A stretch of 64,000 nucleotides of DNA from Bacteroidota bacterium (GCA_013286385.1 JABDFU010000009.1:1053-65052); one strand, 5' to 3'; shown: positions 50,397-60,847, counted from the first letter of the stretch. Numbers and translations: made by a program. Notes: generated by a model not told the origin, from the letters alone.

Positions 50397-52547
50397 ACTC
50401 ACTTTCCACAATCCTCTTCCATAAGTGGCAGCATAAAGCATCTTTTCGTGCTCATTGATCCGGATGTCCTTTACAGTAACCCTTGGAAAACCGAGACCAA
50501 AGGGTTGCCATTGTTTCATTTTCGAAGTCCGGTAATACAAGCCTGCTTCTGTACCTGCAAAAATAAGGTCAGTCTGATTCTTTGCGCAAACAATGACATT
50601 TACGGGAGCATCGGGCAACCCTCTGCCGTAAGGTTCCCAGGTAATTCCCCCGTCTTCCGAATACATTACTTTTGAACTTCCCATTGTTGCGGAATCTTCT
50701 GCTTCGGCAGCAGTCATGACGGTTCCTGAATAAGCGGCCCAAACCGTATTGGGATCAGTCGGATCCTGGGTAAGGCTTACTGAATTTGAAAAGCTTAGCT
50801 TTTTAAAGGGGCTAATATCGGTCCAGCAGCCAGCCGAACAATGTTTTCCCTCACCACCTGAAGTGGTTTTGAAAATCCGTCCGTAGGTATTACCGATGTA
50901 AATTATTTTATTATTCTGAGGGCTGACAGAAATAGCTGTAATTACGGAATAGGGTTTGAGATCAGGGATGCGGGAAAGCTGGTCCCATTCAATTTGGTTT
51001 GTACTGTCGGGATACGTAAACGTCGCTTTGTAAAGTTGCGTATACCCGAAATAAAATACATCCGGAAAAACCGGATCCTGGTTTAACGGCACTCCCGCGT
51101 TATTTATTTTTTTAAAATCTGCAGCAGACGGGTTACTGATGGATGAAAAAATTTTTCCTCCGTCCATAGACCGTTTATTCGGTCCATATTCCGATGTCAT
51201 TCCCAGGTTTGGTGTTGTTGAAATGATAAGGTTTTCATTGCTATAGTCTATTGCCTGGGCCTTTCCGTCTCCCACGAGCACATTTTTCCAGATTTTTTCT
51301 TCCGGTTGTGATGCATCATACAGATTGGCTCCGGCGTCCTGCATGCCGGCAATTGCAAATCCTGTTTTTGTTTCGGAAGTACTTACAAATTCAAGTGTGG
51401 CAATGTTCAGACCTTCGTCAGCATCTTTATTTTCAGTGGCGTTCCACAGTCCTCCGTCGTGTCCGACGAAAATCACGTGAGATACGGGAGCGATTTTTAT
51501 GTCGTGAATGTCTGCATGGTTGATGTGTAATGAATTCCACCGGCTGCCTGTAGGGCGTTTGTTAAAAGACGAATCGAGCAGGTTGATGCTTTTGTAAAAT
51601 TCAAAAACTTTGCCGATGTAAATTTCGCCGGGATCAATCGGGGAAACGGCAAGGGCGACTTTATCCCGGTGATCGTTGGGGTAGGGTAGGGTTTTACTGA
51701 CCCAGGTTTTTCCTTCATTAACGGAGACGTAAAGATCGTTGGTAGATAAAGCATCTGTATTGGAGGTGAGGACATAAAGCACTTCCGGCCTTGACGGAGA
51801 AACGGCCAGATTTACGGTAAGGTGCTCCTTCGCTTTAAAAACAGAACTTCCGTCGGCCAGGGTTTTCCAGTTCGCGCCGGCATCTTTCGAACAGAGCACG
51901 GAGATATTTTCCTTATAGGTACTGAATGTTCCGGCTGCATAGATGACCCTGGAATCGCCCGGATTAAATTCAATGGAATGGTAATCTCCCGGAAGGAGCA
52001 ATTTCCACCTCTTTCCCGAATTGCTGCTCTTGTATATTCCCTGAGACGTTGCTGCGTAAAGCGTTTTGCCGTTTGACGGATCAATCAGGATTCTGGAAAT
52101 GCTGTTCATGGCTGTTGGATCCAGATCGATTCCTGAAGAAGCTTCCTCCCAGCTGGAGCCTCCGTTATCGCTTCGGAAAATTTTCAGAGGGCTCACGTAT
52201 TTGCGGTTGTACCTGGTTCCGCAGGCTATAAACAATTGTTTGCTGTCTTTCGGATTGATGGCAATGTCACTGACGCCAATAAAAGGAAGCTGGTCAGTGC
52301 TGCAATCCGAATTGCTCCAGTGCTGTCCTCCATCTGTGCTTTTCCACAATCCTCCGGTCGGGGATCCGACATACATGATCTTGTCCGTTGATCCGTTGAA
52401 CCCGGGATCGAAAGCGATGCATTCTACACGTCCGATTCCAAGTCCCGGATTGTGAGTGGGCCCCAGAGGCTGCCACTGAACCTGTGAAAAAACAGCAGAT
52501 GAAACAGCGGCGAATAAAAGAACTAAAATAGTTGAATGGATTCGCAT
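50367..52547 (-). CDS. Secreted BNR/Asp-box repeat (sortilin/VPS10- or GH74-like) beta-propeller protein
   Basis: 726 aa with a signal peptide and repeated S-x-D-x-G-x-x-W boxes (STDGGQHW, SDNGGSSW, SKDAGANW, SVNEGKTW, SEDGGITW). Ends YAATYGRGLWK. Confidence 0.7.
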   Translation of the reverse strand: MRIHSTILVLLFAAVSSAVFSQVQWQPLGPTHNPGLGIGRVECIAFDPGFNGSTDKIMYVGSPTGGLWKSTDGGQHWSNSDCSTDQLPFIGVSDIAINPKDSKQLFIACGTRYNRKYVSPLKIFRSDNGGSSWEEASSGIDLDPTAMNSISRILIDPSNGKTLYAATSQGIYKSSNSGKRWKLLLPGDYHSIEFNPGDSRVIYAAGTFSTYKENISVLCSKDAGANWKTLADGSSVFKAKEHLTVNLAVSPSRPEVLYVLTSNTDALSTNDLYVSVNEGKTWVSKTLPYPNDHRDKVALAVSPIDPGEIYIGKVFEFYKSINLLDSSFNKRPTGSRWNSLHINHADIHDIKIAPVSHVIFVGHDGGLWNATENKDADEGLNIATLEFVSTSETKTGFAIAGMQDAGANLYDASQPEEKIWKNVLVGDGKAQAIDYSNENLIISTTPNLGMTSEYGPNKRSMDGGKIFSSISNPSAADFKKINNAGVPLNQDPVFPDVFYFGYTQLYKATFTYPDSTNQIEWDQLSRIPDLKPYSVITAISVSPQNNKIIYIGNTYGRIFKTTSGGEGKHCSAGCWTDISPFKKLSFSNSVSLTQDPTDPNTVWAAYSGTVMTAAEAEDSATMGSSKVMYSEDGGITWEPYGRGLPDAPVNVIVCAKNQTDLIFAGTEAGLYYRTSKMKQWQPFGLGFPRVTVKDIRINEHEKMLYAATYGRGLWKVSLSDLLKDGM

Positions 52548-52550
52548 GGT

Positions 52551-54783
52551 TCAATCCGGTTTTATGCCGTTCCTAAAACGGCATAGGTAGTCCCGAAGGA
52601 AAAAAGCAGTCAATAGTACCAGCACGCCGGCAGAACTAACAAATCCTGCAACTATCCATGGAGAGGAGTAGTAAAATACCAGCTCGCTTGTACCAGCCGG
52701 CACTGGAGCGGACATAAAACAGATGTTGGCATTGTACAAGGCTGTCTCTGTTCCATTGATCTTTAATTTCCACCCCGGATAATTGTTTTGCAAAAGCGTC
52801 AATACCTGGGCCTTTGCGGTTTTTTACTTTTATTTTTATTTCTGAAGGGAAAAATGCTGTTACTTCGGCCGTATCCCCGGGAGTACTTCCGGCAGTGATT
52901 CCGGCTGTAGCCTTGCCGATAAGCAGTCTTGCTTTTGACAGGTCTGGCTTAGTTAAGAAAACGGCCTTGCTGTTTAACCTGTGCTGTGAAATCTGACCGG
53001 CAATTGAATCCACATCGAATAGTTTATCAGAAAGAAAAACGATCCTGTTTTTCAACGTAGAAAAAAACAAATCCGGCAAGGAACCTTCCAGCATCGAAGT
53101 GCTTTTTAACTGAAACGAATTAAATCCGTCAAATGCCGTTTGTTTGTGGAACGTGTTTAGATTTTTCCATAAAGCGCCCGATGCCAATCCTGCCGTGGAA
53201 TCTGAAATGTCCAGCACGTTTTTAGAAACGGGCAAAGGGTAGCCTGCCGGAAATGAATTGCTTTGCTCCTTCAGGCCGGCGGCTTTGAACTGCTCATAAT
53301 AAACGGTGTAGGGGGCATTCAGCTGAGCTGAAAGGATCATTTCAATCACAAGAAGCGCACTTAAATAATTAAACAATTTACTTCGATCCCTGATTTTATA
53401 AATTAAAGCAAGAAAAACAGCCAATACGATCAGCTGGATCAGGCTTTGAAAATAAATATGCTGATCGAGTGATGAATTCCTGGAAAAGGTAAACAGGTCG
53501 TGTTTTAAAAAACCCGAATGAATCAACGAGCACCTGGATCCGGAGTAAACTGCTAAAGCAAGTAAAATCATAAGTATACCTGCCGAAATTGTTTTTATTT
53601 TCTTCGTGCTGATCCGGGAGTCAGAAAAAAAGAAATTCAGGGAGAATCCCGAAAGTACTACGAATCCTATTATAGCAAACAAACGAAACAAGCTTGGAAT
53701 TTTGAATAAATTCATGAGCGGCAAGAAATAAAACAAAAAAGCTCTGACCGGTGTGTATTTTCCGAAGGCCGCCGCGAGGGTAAAAAGTCCCATGAAGAGA
53801 AACAATTTCATCAGGTTTGATTTTTTTATAAAAAAAGAATACAGAAAAAAAATCAGCGGGATGAGTCCGAAATAAGCATTTGTCATAGACAAATCGGTTA
53901 CAAAAAAGTTCATGTCTTTTATCACGGAAAAGGGTACTAAAAACGAAAGAGAACATTGAGGGCTGAAGGGTCCTATTAAAACTTTCTCCAGACTCAGGCC
54001 GTCTCCCCGTGTAATATAAGGTATGGCCGTGTAAAGCGAGATCAGTGAAGCTGAACTCATCACTAAAGCAGTCAGGGTTATCAATCCGTTTAGCTTGATC
54101 CACTTTCCCAAACCGCCCATCTTTTCCGAAGGGAATTGTTTAATGGCGTAAAACAAAAATAAAGCAAGCAGGAAATAACCCAGTATGAATACAAAGGCAG
54201 GGTATCCTCCTGTAAAAAGCAAGGATAGAAAAAATCCTGTTTTTAATGCATTTTTACAGGATTTTTCCCGGGCCGATTTCAGATAACCGGTCAATACAAA
54301 AGGTACCCAGGCTCCGCTGATTACATAAGAAAAATGTTGGGCATTCCCGATAAAAAAACCGGATAGCATATAACTGACGGCTATAAAAAAGGCCACATTT
54401 TTATGGAATTGCAGGGTTTGTCCCAACAGATACATTCCCACGCCGGCCAGGAAAATATGTAGCATAAATTCAAGTGAAAGGGAATAACCGGTGTATCCAA
54501 AAAAATAACCTGTGAACCAGGTCACCGGATACCATGCTCCGCTTTGCGGGTCCGCACAAATAGGATAACCCAGACATTGATAAGGGTTCCACAAGGGTAG
54601 TCTGTGGTGCTGCAAACAATCTCCTACAAAATACCTCCAGGGGTAAAAGCAATCGATCATGTCCCATTTTAAGGGATTGTTTAAAAATCCTATTTGCCAG
54701 AAACCGAAAAAAGCAATGAGTATCAAAAACAAATAATGCATATTCCATTTGGGCCTGTTTAAGAAAGAATATGCAAAATTCAC
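52551..54783 (-). CDS. YfhO-family polytopic membrane protein (GT-C-type glycosyl transferase family), interrupted by a frameshift in a T6/A6 run
   Basis: A 715-aa ORF with many TM segments. The conserved YfhO C-terminus (LLQNNYPGWKLKINGTETALYNANICFMSAPVPAGTSELVFYYSSPW plus a final TM) is in the adjacent frame (track ORF 52551-52802). Confidence 0.75.
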
Positions 54784-54876
54784 CGGTTAGGATCCTAAGG
54801 GTTAGTAATTTTTTGTAGGGTTAATAATCCTTTGTAAAGGTATAGATATAATTAATCTTTGATTTTGGATTGGTTA

Positions 54877-55629
54877 TTAGCTTTTGTAAAAGGTGTAAAG
54901 CAGGATCGATCCGTATTTTTTGTTGTATTTCATTTCCAGTTTATGAACTTTTAACGCAAGCCTCCAGCTCAACAGGGCAAGCCAGGGGGCGAAGGTATTG
55001 ATGGTGTTTTTCGTTTGAAGAAGGAACCCCGCCTGCCGGGCTTTTTGCAGGAGTTCGGTTCCTGAATACAGGTGCTCGTGCTGGCTCTCGGCCATATCAG
55101 GTGTAAGGTGTAAAAAATCCATGACCCATTCTGTCAAAGGCCATAAACTGAATCGGTTGGGTGTGGATATCACCAGTCTGCCGCCTGGTTTTAAAAGCGA
55201 ATGAAAAGTCCTGAGTAGTTGTGTGCCCTGTTTTTCTGTAAGGTGTTCAAGCACCTCGAGAAAGGCTATTTTGTCGAATTTGTTAACGGGAAGATTCATT
55301 TCGTCCACTAATCCGAGTTTGAAATTCAGATTGGGATCACTGTAAGCAGAGCGGGCAAATTCTATTGCCTTCTCATTGGAATCGATCGCTGTGACATGGG
55401 TTCCTTTGTATTTTGCCAGAAAATGAGAAAACAGTCCGGAGCCGCATCCTGCATCAAGAATTTCGTCCCCCTCCTTTATTTCAAGGGCTTTTTCTGCCTC
55501 TGTTAATTTTGCAAAGTGCCAGAATCGCTGTGGGGATTTTCCCGAATAATAAGCTTTGTGCTGGTAATCGCCCGGTATTTGTACCCTGTCACCGATGCGT
55601 CTTTCGCTGTCTCCAATACGCCCTTCCAT
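54877..55629 (-). CDS. Class I SAM-dependent methyltransferase
   Basis: 250 aa with motif I ILDAGCGSGLFS and post-I/II blocks (IAFLEVLEHL, LKPGGRLVIST). Confidence 0.8.
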   Translation of the reverse strand: MEGRIGDSERRIGDRVQIPGDYQHKAYYSGKSPQRFWHFAKLTEAEKALEIKEGDEILDAGCGSGLFSHFLAKYKGTHVTAIDSNEKAIEFARSAYSDPNLNFKLGLVDEMNLPVNKFDKIAFLEVLEHLTEKQGTQLLRTFHSLLKPGGRLVISTPNRFSLWPLTEWVMDFLHLTPDMAESQHEHLYSGTELLQKARQAGFLLQTKNTINTFAPWLALLSWRLALKVHKLEMKYNKKYGSILLYTFYKS

Positions 55630-55630
55630 T

Positions 55631-56377
55631 TTATTTTTTCCGGTAATTACCCCTGTAATAATAATAAATTATCCGCGGAATATCAGTCAGCATGATCAGG
55701 CTGGTTTTTGCTACGTTGACGGTATTTCCATCCTGACTCCTGAGTTTGACAGGGAGACGTTTAATGTCGTAGTTTCTTTTTAGCGAAATGTATAACGTCT
55801 CGACATCAAAGGCAAAGCGGTTTATCCGGGAAACGGAGAAAATATCCTCTGCGACTTCAGCTCTGAAGCCTTTAATTCCACATTGGGTGTCGAACATTCC
55901 TCCTGCAATGAATCGTCCGACGATAAAGGAGAAAAGCCGGCTTGCCCAGGAACGGATTTTACCAACCTTCGTGAAGTAACTGGCCCCATCGAGGGTCCGG
56001 TCTCCGACAACCATGTGAAATTCCTTGAAGTCCAGGTAGTGTAAAAACTGATCGATTACTTCCGGCTCGTAGGGGATGTCGGCATCGGTGAAAAGTCTGA
56101 ATCTTCCGTTTGCATTTAACATTCCCTTTCGGATGGCCGAACCCTTACCGAGATTCTGCCCGTTTTTCAGATAAATGGCGTTGTATTTTTTTGCGATTTT
56201 TTCTGTTTCACCCTTGTCTGCTGATCCGTCGTCCACGATGATGAGCTCCCAGGAAACTGATTTTGTTTTTAACCAGGATATAAGAATTCCAAGATTTTTA
56301 GAAAGAGCGAGTGAACTATTGTATGAACCGATTACTACGCTTAAGTAAATGGGGGGCTTTTTTTCAGTGCCGTTCAA
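55631..56377 (-). CDS. GT2-family glycosyltransferase (polyprenyl/dolichyl-phosphate sugar synthase-like)
   Basis: 248 aa. LSVVIGSYN, ELIIVDDGSAD, NLGKGSAIRKG and FTDADIPY are blocks typical of Alg5/DPM1/CsbB-type GT2 enzymes. Confidence 0.82.
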   Translation of the reverse strand: MNGTEKKPPIYLSVVIGSYNSSLALSKNLGILISWLKTKSVSWELIIVDDGSADKGETEKIAKKYNAIYLKNGQNLGKGSAIRKGMLNANGRFRLFTDADIPYEPEVIDQFLHYLDFKEFHMVVGDRTLDGASYFTKVGKIRSWASRLFSFIVGRFIAGGMFDTQCGIKGFRAEVAEDIFSVSRINRFAFDVETLYISLKRNYDIKRLPVKLRSQDGNTVNVAKTSLIMLTDIPRIIYYYYRGNYRKK

Positions 56378-57255
56378 TGTGCTTTTTCCGGTTTTGGGGT
56401 AATTGCTGACAGGTAATTATCCAGTATAATCCGTGCAGCATTTGTGAAATAAGAATTTACAATTGTATTCGGATTGTTCAGTCCGGCAGGAAATTTGACA
56501 ACAGCCATGCCGGCGTTTATCGGGTTTCCTTTCAAATCGTAAATGGTATAATGCACACTCGCTGTTCGCCCGGCATTCCCACTCGAATATTGTTCAGGAG
56601 TATCCGCTTGTACGTTGAGATCGAGTTCACTTATAAAAACAAATACTTCTGATCCGTATCGTTTATTCAGTGTTGTCAGTAAATTGGGATTGGTAATGGT
56701 AATATTCATAAATTTTTTCTGATCGCTGGTCGTAACAGTTAGTTGTCCGTTTTGAATGGAGGGTTTGTTGTCGTCTGTTTTTTTGCCGTTTTTTTTATCA
56801 GCGGTAGCGCTGTTACCGGCCGGGCTGGGAACCGGAAGAGCATTGTAAGCAATGCACTCGTATACGTACCGTTGGTCAATTCCTGATGCCCCCGTATCGC
56901 TAAGAAGTGAGTACACGCTGTATTTTTTTTTAAAGGCAGCAACGACGCTGTAATCGAGCCCCGAACGAAAAGCGTTGCGTATCTGATGCTGAGTCATTTT
57001 TGTTTCGTGATTCACGCCCTGGTCAATTTCAGACATGTACAGGCGTGGTTCAAACGGAATCACAAGAACTTTACGGGCATCCTTAACTATGGTTGTTGGA
57101 GAAGGAGCCTTTTTTTCATCCGGAGAGAAGGTGGTGTTCTGAGCGAATAGGGGAGAAGACAGAAATAAAGCGAATAGCCAATAGCGATTAGCGATTAGGA
57201 GGAAGCGTAACCCTGCGAAACATTCTGAGGTTTTAATTTTAAGCGAAAAAATCAT
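56374..57255 (-). CDS. Hypothetical secreted protein
   Basis: 293 aa with an N-terminal hydrophobic signal (LFALFLSSPLFAQ) and no recognisable motif. It has a 4-nt overlap with the GT2 gene. Confidence 0.5.
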   Translation of the reverse strand: MIFSLKIKTSECFAGLRFLLIANRYWLFALFLSSPLFAQNTTFSPDEKKAPSPTTIVKDARKVLVIPFEPRLYMSEIDQGVNHETKMTQHQIRNAFRSGLDYSVVAAFKKKYSVYSLLSDTGASGIDQRYVYECIAYNALPVPSPAGNSATADKKNGKKTDDNKPSIQNGQLTVTTSDQKKFMNITITNPNLLTTLNKRYGSEVFVFISELDLNVQADTPEQYSSGNAGRTASVHYTIYDLKGNPINAGMAVVKFPAGLNNPNTIVNSYFTNAARIILDNYLSAITPKPEKAH

Positions 57256-57265
57256 GGACCTCTAT

Positions 57266-58576
57266 TTATTTTGAGAACAAACGTACCACATCATTTGAAT
57301 TGGCATAGATCAGCAGCGCAACTATAAGAATCATTCCGGCATACTGAGCGTATTCGAGAAATTTTTCATTGGGCTTTCTGCGGGTAATCACTTCGTACAA
57401 AAGGAACATCACGTGTCCTCCGTCCAATGCCGGGATGGGAAGAATATTCATGACGGCCAGCACAAAAGACAGAAATCCCGTAAAACTCCAAAAGCTTTTC
57501 CAGTCCCATACCGGCGCATACATTTTACCTATTGCAATAAATCCTCCAAGCGACTTGTGGGCCTCCTTAACGGTCAGCAGCACCCGTATGTTTTTGACAT
57601 AAATGACCATGGTTTCAATGCCCTTGTGAAGTCCCGCCGGAAAAGAGGAAAAGAAACTGAATTTTCGTTCGGTAATGTTAAAATACCTGTGTGGGTCTGA
57701 AGAAACGGCAAAGCCAATAGTTCCGGTGGAATCAACTTTTACAGTTAGTTGAACCGTAGCTGATTTTCTGACAACCGTTAATTCAACGCTTTTATTTTTG
57801 CTCCTACGAACCGCGTCCCTGACCTGATCGAAATAGCCCATCGAATCTCCGTTGACGGCAATGATACTGTCACCTTTAAGAAGTCCTGCCTTAAAAGCGG
57901 CTTTGTCAGGTAATACAGTATCCACATAAGCCGGGACTCTGGGTTCAATAAAGCCTTGCTTGTGTATGATTTGGGGCCTGATGTCCTCCTGAACAGGAAT
58001 GTCTAATTTTTGTCCGTCTCTTTCAACCTGTATGCTTTTTGCGTTGTCAAACAGAAAAGCAAGGGCTATTTTATTGAATTTTTTAACCGGAGCATGATCC
58101 ACGCCAAGTACTTTATCTCCGTTCTTTAAACCGATGTGCAGCGCTGTCGAATCACAGGATATGCCAAATTTGGCATTGTTCGTCTCCAGATACTCATCCC
58201 CCCATGTGAATAAAACCATGGCGTAAATAAGAATACCCAGCAGAACATTAACCGTTACGCCGCCGCACATGATAATAAGGCGTTGCCAGGCCGGTTTTGA
58301 CCTGAATTCCCAGGGTTCCGGAGGCAATTTCATCTGCTCTTTGTCCATGGATTCGTCAATCATTCCGGCAATTTTTACATAACCGCCCAAGGGGAGCCAG
58401 CCAATGCCGTATTCGGTTTCTCCCCGTTTGATTTTGAAGAGCGAAAACCAGGGGTCAAAAAAGAGATAAAACTTTTCGATCTTGGTCTTGAAAAGTTTGG
58501 CAGGAATAAAATGTCCCAGTTCGTGCAGCACAATCAGAATCGAGAGACTGAGTATAAATTGTATGGCCTGTATCAT
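57266..58576 (-). CDS. rseP: RIP (site-2) zinc metalloprotease RseP
   Basis: 436 aa with HELGHF near the N-terminus, PDZ region(s) and C-terminal LNILPIPALDGGH. Confidence 0.9.
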   Translation of the reverse strand: MIQAIQFILSLSILIVLHELGHFIPAKLFKTKIEKFYLFFDPWFSLFKIKRGETEYGIGWLPLGGYVKIAGMIDESMDKEQMKLPPEPWEFRSKPAWQRLIIMCGGVTVNVLLGILIYAMVLFTWGDEYLETNNAKFGISCDSTALHIGLKNGDKVLGVDHAPVKKFNKIALAFLFDNAKSIQVERDGQKLDIPVQEDIRPQIIHKQGFIEPRVPAYVDTVLPDKAAFKAGLLKGDSIIAVNGDSMGYFDQVRDAVRRSKNKSVELTVVRKSATVQLTVKVDSTGTIGFAVSSDPHRYFNITERKFSFFSSFPAGLHKGIETMVIYVKNIRVLLTVKEAHKSLGGFIAIGKMYAPVWDWKSFWSFTGFLSFVLAVMNILPIPALDGGHVMFLLYEVITRRKPNEKFLEYAQYAGMILIVALLIYANSNDVVRLFSK

Positions 58577-58627
58577 AAAATTTTAAATCGGGTGAAAATC
58601 AAAATCAATAGTTGCAGATCAATCTTT

Positions 58628-59788
58628 TCAAATCAATCCGCTTGCAAATTTACGGGTTTCCCGGTCAGTATTTACATAATCTTCGTAACCGGGTTTATTG
58701 AGCTGAACCATTTTTTCGAGACAGCGTTCGATCAGTTCAGGAATTTTCAAAAAACCGATGCGATCCTTTAAAAAGGCATCAACGGCAACTTCGTTTGCTG
58801 CATTGAGTATGCAGGAAGCGTTTCCGCCCTTTTCCAGGGCGAGGAACGCCAGGTCAAGACAGCGGAAGGTCTTTCGGTCGGGTTTCTCAAAGGTCAGATC
58901 GGGGTATTCTGAGAAATCAAAACGCCGGAAGGTATTGGGAAGACGAAGGGGATAAGCCAATGCATATTGTATGGGCACTTTCATATCGGGCAGGCCGAGC
59001 TGGGCTTTAAGACTCCCGTCCCTGAATTGAACCAGAGAATGCACAATAGATTGCGGGTGTACGACTACCTCAATCTGTCCGGGGGTCAGGTGAAAAAGCC
59101 ATTTGGCCTCTATTACTTCAAGCCCTTTGTTCATAAGGGTTGCTGAGTCAATGGTGATTTTCGCACCCATTTCCCAGTTGGGGTGCTTCAGCGCCTGGGC
59201 TTTTGTAACGCCGCCCAGAAAGGCGGCATCTTTTCCGCGAAACGGTCCGCCGGATGCGGTAAGTATTATTTTTTCAATGGGGTTGTGAAACTCTCCAGCC
59301 AGGCATTGAAAAATCGCGCTGTGTTCGGAGTCGACCGGATAAATGCTGGCCCCGTGTTCTTTTGCAAGCGCTGTCACCAGTTCCCCGGCAACCACAAGTG
59401 TTTCTTTGTTGGCCAGTGCAATCGTTTTGCCTGCTTTGATAGCGCTGATGGTCGAGGCGAGCCCTGCATATCCGACAATAGCAGTCAGCACCAGGTCAAT
59501 TTTTTCCATCTGAACCACCTGTTCAATGGCTTTGCCCCCTCCGTAAACCTTTATGCTTTTGTCGCTTAAAGCGTCTTTTACTTTTTTCAGCTGCTTTTCG
59601 TCTTCAATCACTACGGCATCCGGCAAAAATTCCAGCGCCTGTAAAATCAGCAACTCTGCATTCTTTCCGGCAGTCAGCACTTCAACAGAAAACGAATCAG
59701 GATTCGCCCGCACCACATCCAGCGCCTGGGTTCCTATGGAGCCTGTGGACCCGAGAATGGCGATGTGTTTTTTTGACGAAGAATTCAT
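58628..59788 (-). CDS. dxr: 1-deoxy-D-xylulose-5-phosphate reductoisomerase
   Basis: 386 aa with ILGSTGSIGTQALDV, LANKETLV, PVDSEHSAIFQCL and HPNWEMG blocks. Confidence 0.95.
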   Translation of the reverse strand: MNSSSKKHIAILGSTGSIGTQALDVVRANPDSFSVEVLTAGKNAELLILQALEFLPDAVVIEDEKQLKKVKDALSDKSIKVYGGGKAIEQVVQMEKIDLVLTAIVGYAGLASTISAIKAGKTIALANKETLVVAGELVTALAKEHGASIYPVDSEHSAIFQCLAGEFHNPIEKIILTASGGPFRGKDAAFLGGVTKAQALKHPNWEMGAKITIDSATLMNKGLEVIEAKWLFHLTPGQIEVVVHPQSIVHSLVQFRDGSLKAQLGLPDMKVPIQYALAYPLRLPNTFRRFDFSEYPDLTFEKPDRKTFRCLDLAFLALEKGGNASCILNAANEVAVDAFLKDRIGFLKIPELIERCLEKMVQLNKPGYEDYVNTDRETRKFASGLI

Positions 59789-59819
59789 TCAGGCTTCAAC
59801 GATTAAACTATTATGTAAT

Positions 59820-60752
59820 CTAAAATACCATGTAATCCTGCGGGTCAATAGGAGAGCCATTGTACCAGAGCTCAAAGTGAAGGTGAGGGCCTGTGGTGAG
59901 TTCCCCACTGTTGCCCACTATTGCAATGACTTCGCCTGCCTTAACGTAGTTCCCGGTTTTTTTCATCAGGACCGAACAATGTTTGTAAACGGAGACCAGG
60001 TTATTGCTGTGCTGAATCTGCATGCTGTAGCCCGTCTCTGTTGTCCAGGCAGCCATAATGACCGTACCGTCGAGGGTGGCTTTGATGGCCTCGTTTTCTT
60101 TTGACGCCACATCGACCCCATAGTGTTCATCGCGGGCTTTAAAGGAACTGGTTACGCTTCCCTTGAGAGGGGTGAAAAAGAAAAAGCTGGAGATGCCGTT
60201 TGCGCTGGGTTTTGCATTGCTTATGCTTAAGGTAAAACGTTCCTGATGTTCAATTTCAGTCCTCAGAGCCGAATCTTCTTTCGACGCTTTGTTGCTGTTG
60301 ATCAGGGATTTGTAATTGACAGAAGGGCTGGGCTTTTTATGTGTGCTGTCGGTCTTTAGATTTCCGCTGATTACCCTGTTGATGTTGTCAATGTATTTTG
60401 TTTTCAGGTCGAGTTCGTATACAAGCGAGTCACTCTTGACAGCCAGGTCGATTAACGACCTGCGGATTTTGGTGTCGGTATAGCCGGGTATATATTCCCG
60501 CAGGGCTGTAAAGGCTATGATTATAATACCGAGGGTAATCAGTAGGATAATGCTTGCCCCAACCCCGACAAAAAGGCTCAGGGGCCTTAATTTCAACACA
60601 AACTTCTCCTCAAACGAAGAATCATTCAGGATGACCAGGCGGTAACGGTCTCTTAAACGCTCAGATAAGGTCCTTTTTTTCTCCGAATCAGCAGGCATAG
60701 AAAGAATCAATAGACATACGCAACCAAAGTCATATGCAACCAAAGATACCAA
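59820..60752 (-). CDS. M23-family metallopeptidase (peptidoglycan endopeptidase-like), membrane anchored
   Basis: One TM segment, then HYGVDVA...GNSGELTTGPHLHFELW, the LytM/M23 signature. The start is more likely the ATG at 60698 (MPADSEKK...). Confidence 0.85.
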   Translation of the reverse strand: MVSLVAYDFGCVCLLILSMPADSEKKRTLSERLRDRYRLVILNDSSFEEKFVLKLRPLSLFVGVGASIILLITLGIIIIAFTALREYIPGYTDTKIRRSLIDLAVKSDSLVYELDLKTKYIDNINRVISGNLKTDSTHKKPSPSVNYKSLINSNKASKEDSALRTEIEHQERFTLSISNAKPSANGISSFFFFTPLKGSVTSSFKARDEHYGVDVASKENEAIKATLDGTVIMAAWTTETGYSMQIQHSNNLVSVYKHCSVLMKKTGNYVKAGEVIAIVGNSGELTTGPHLHFELWYNGSPIDPQDYMVF

Positions 60753-60802
60753 AGACTACAGACTATTCTATGGTTTTAACTAAAACGTATCAAAATTTGC
60801 AA

Positions 60803-60810
60803 TAATTTTG
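60803..60810 (+). promoter_or_regulatory. Candidate -7 box (TAATTTTG) upstream of the PorW/SprE-like gene
   Basis: Exact TAnnTTTG match 38 nt upstream of the GTG at 60848. Confidence 0.3.
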
Positions 60811-60847
60811 CCTCTTTGACGTTATTCTGAACAATACCAAAATAATT

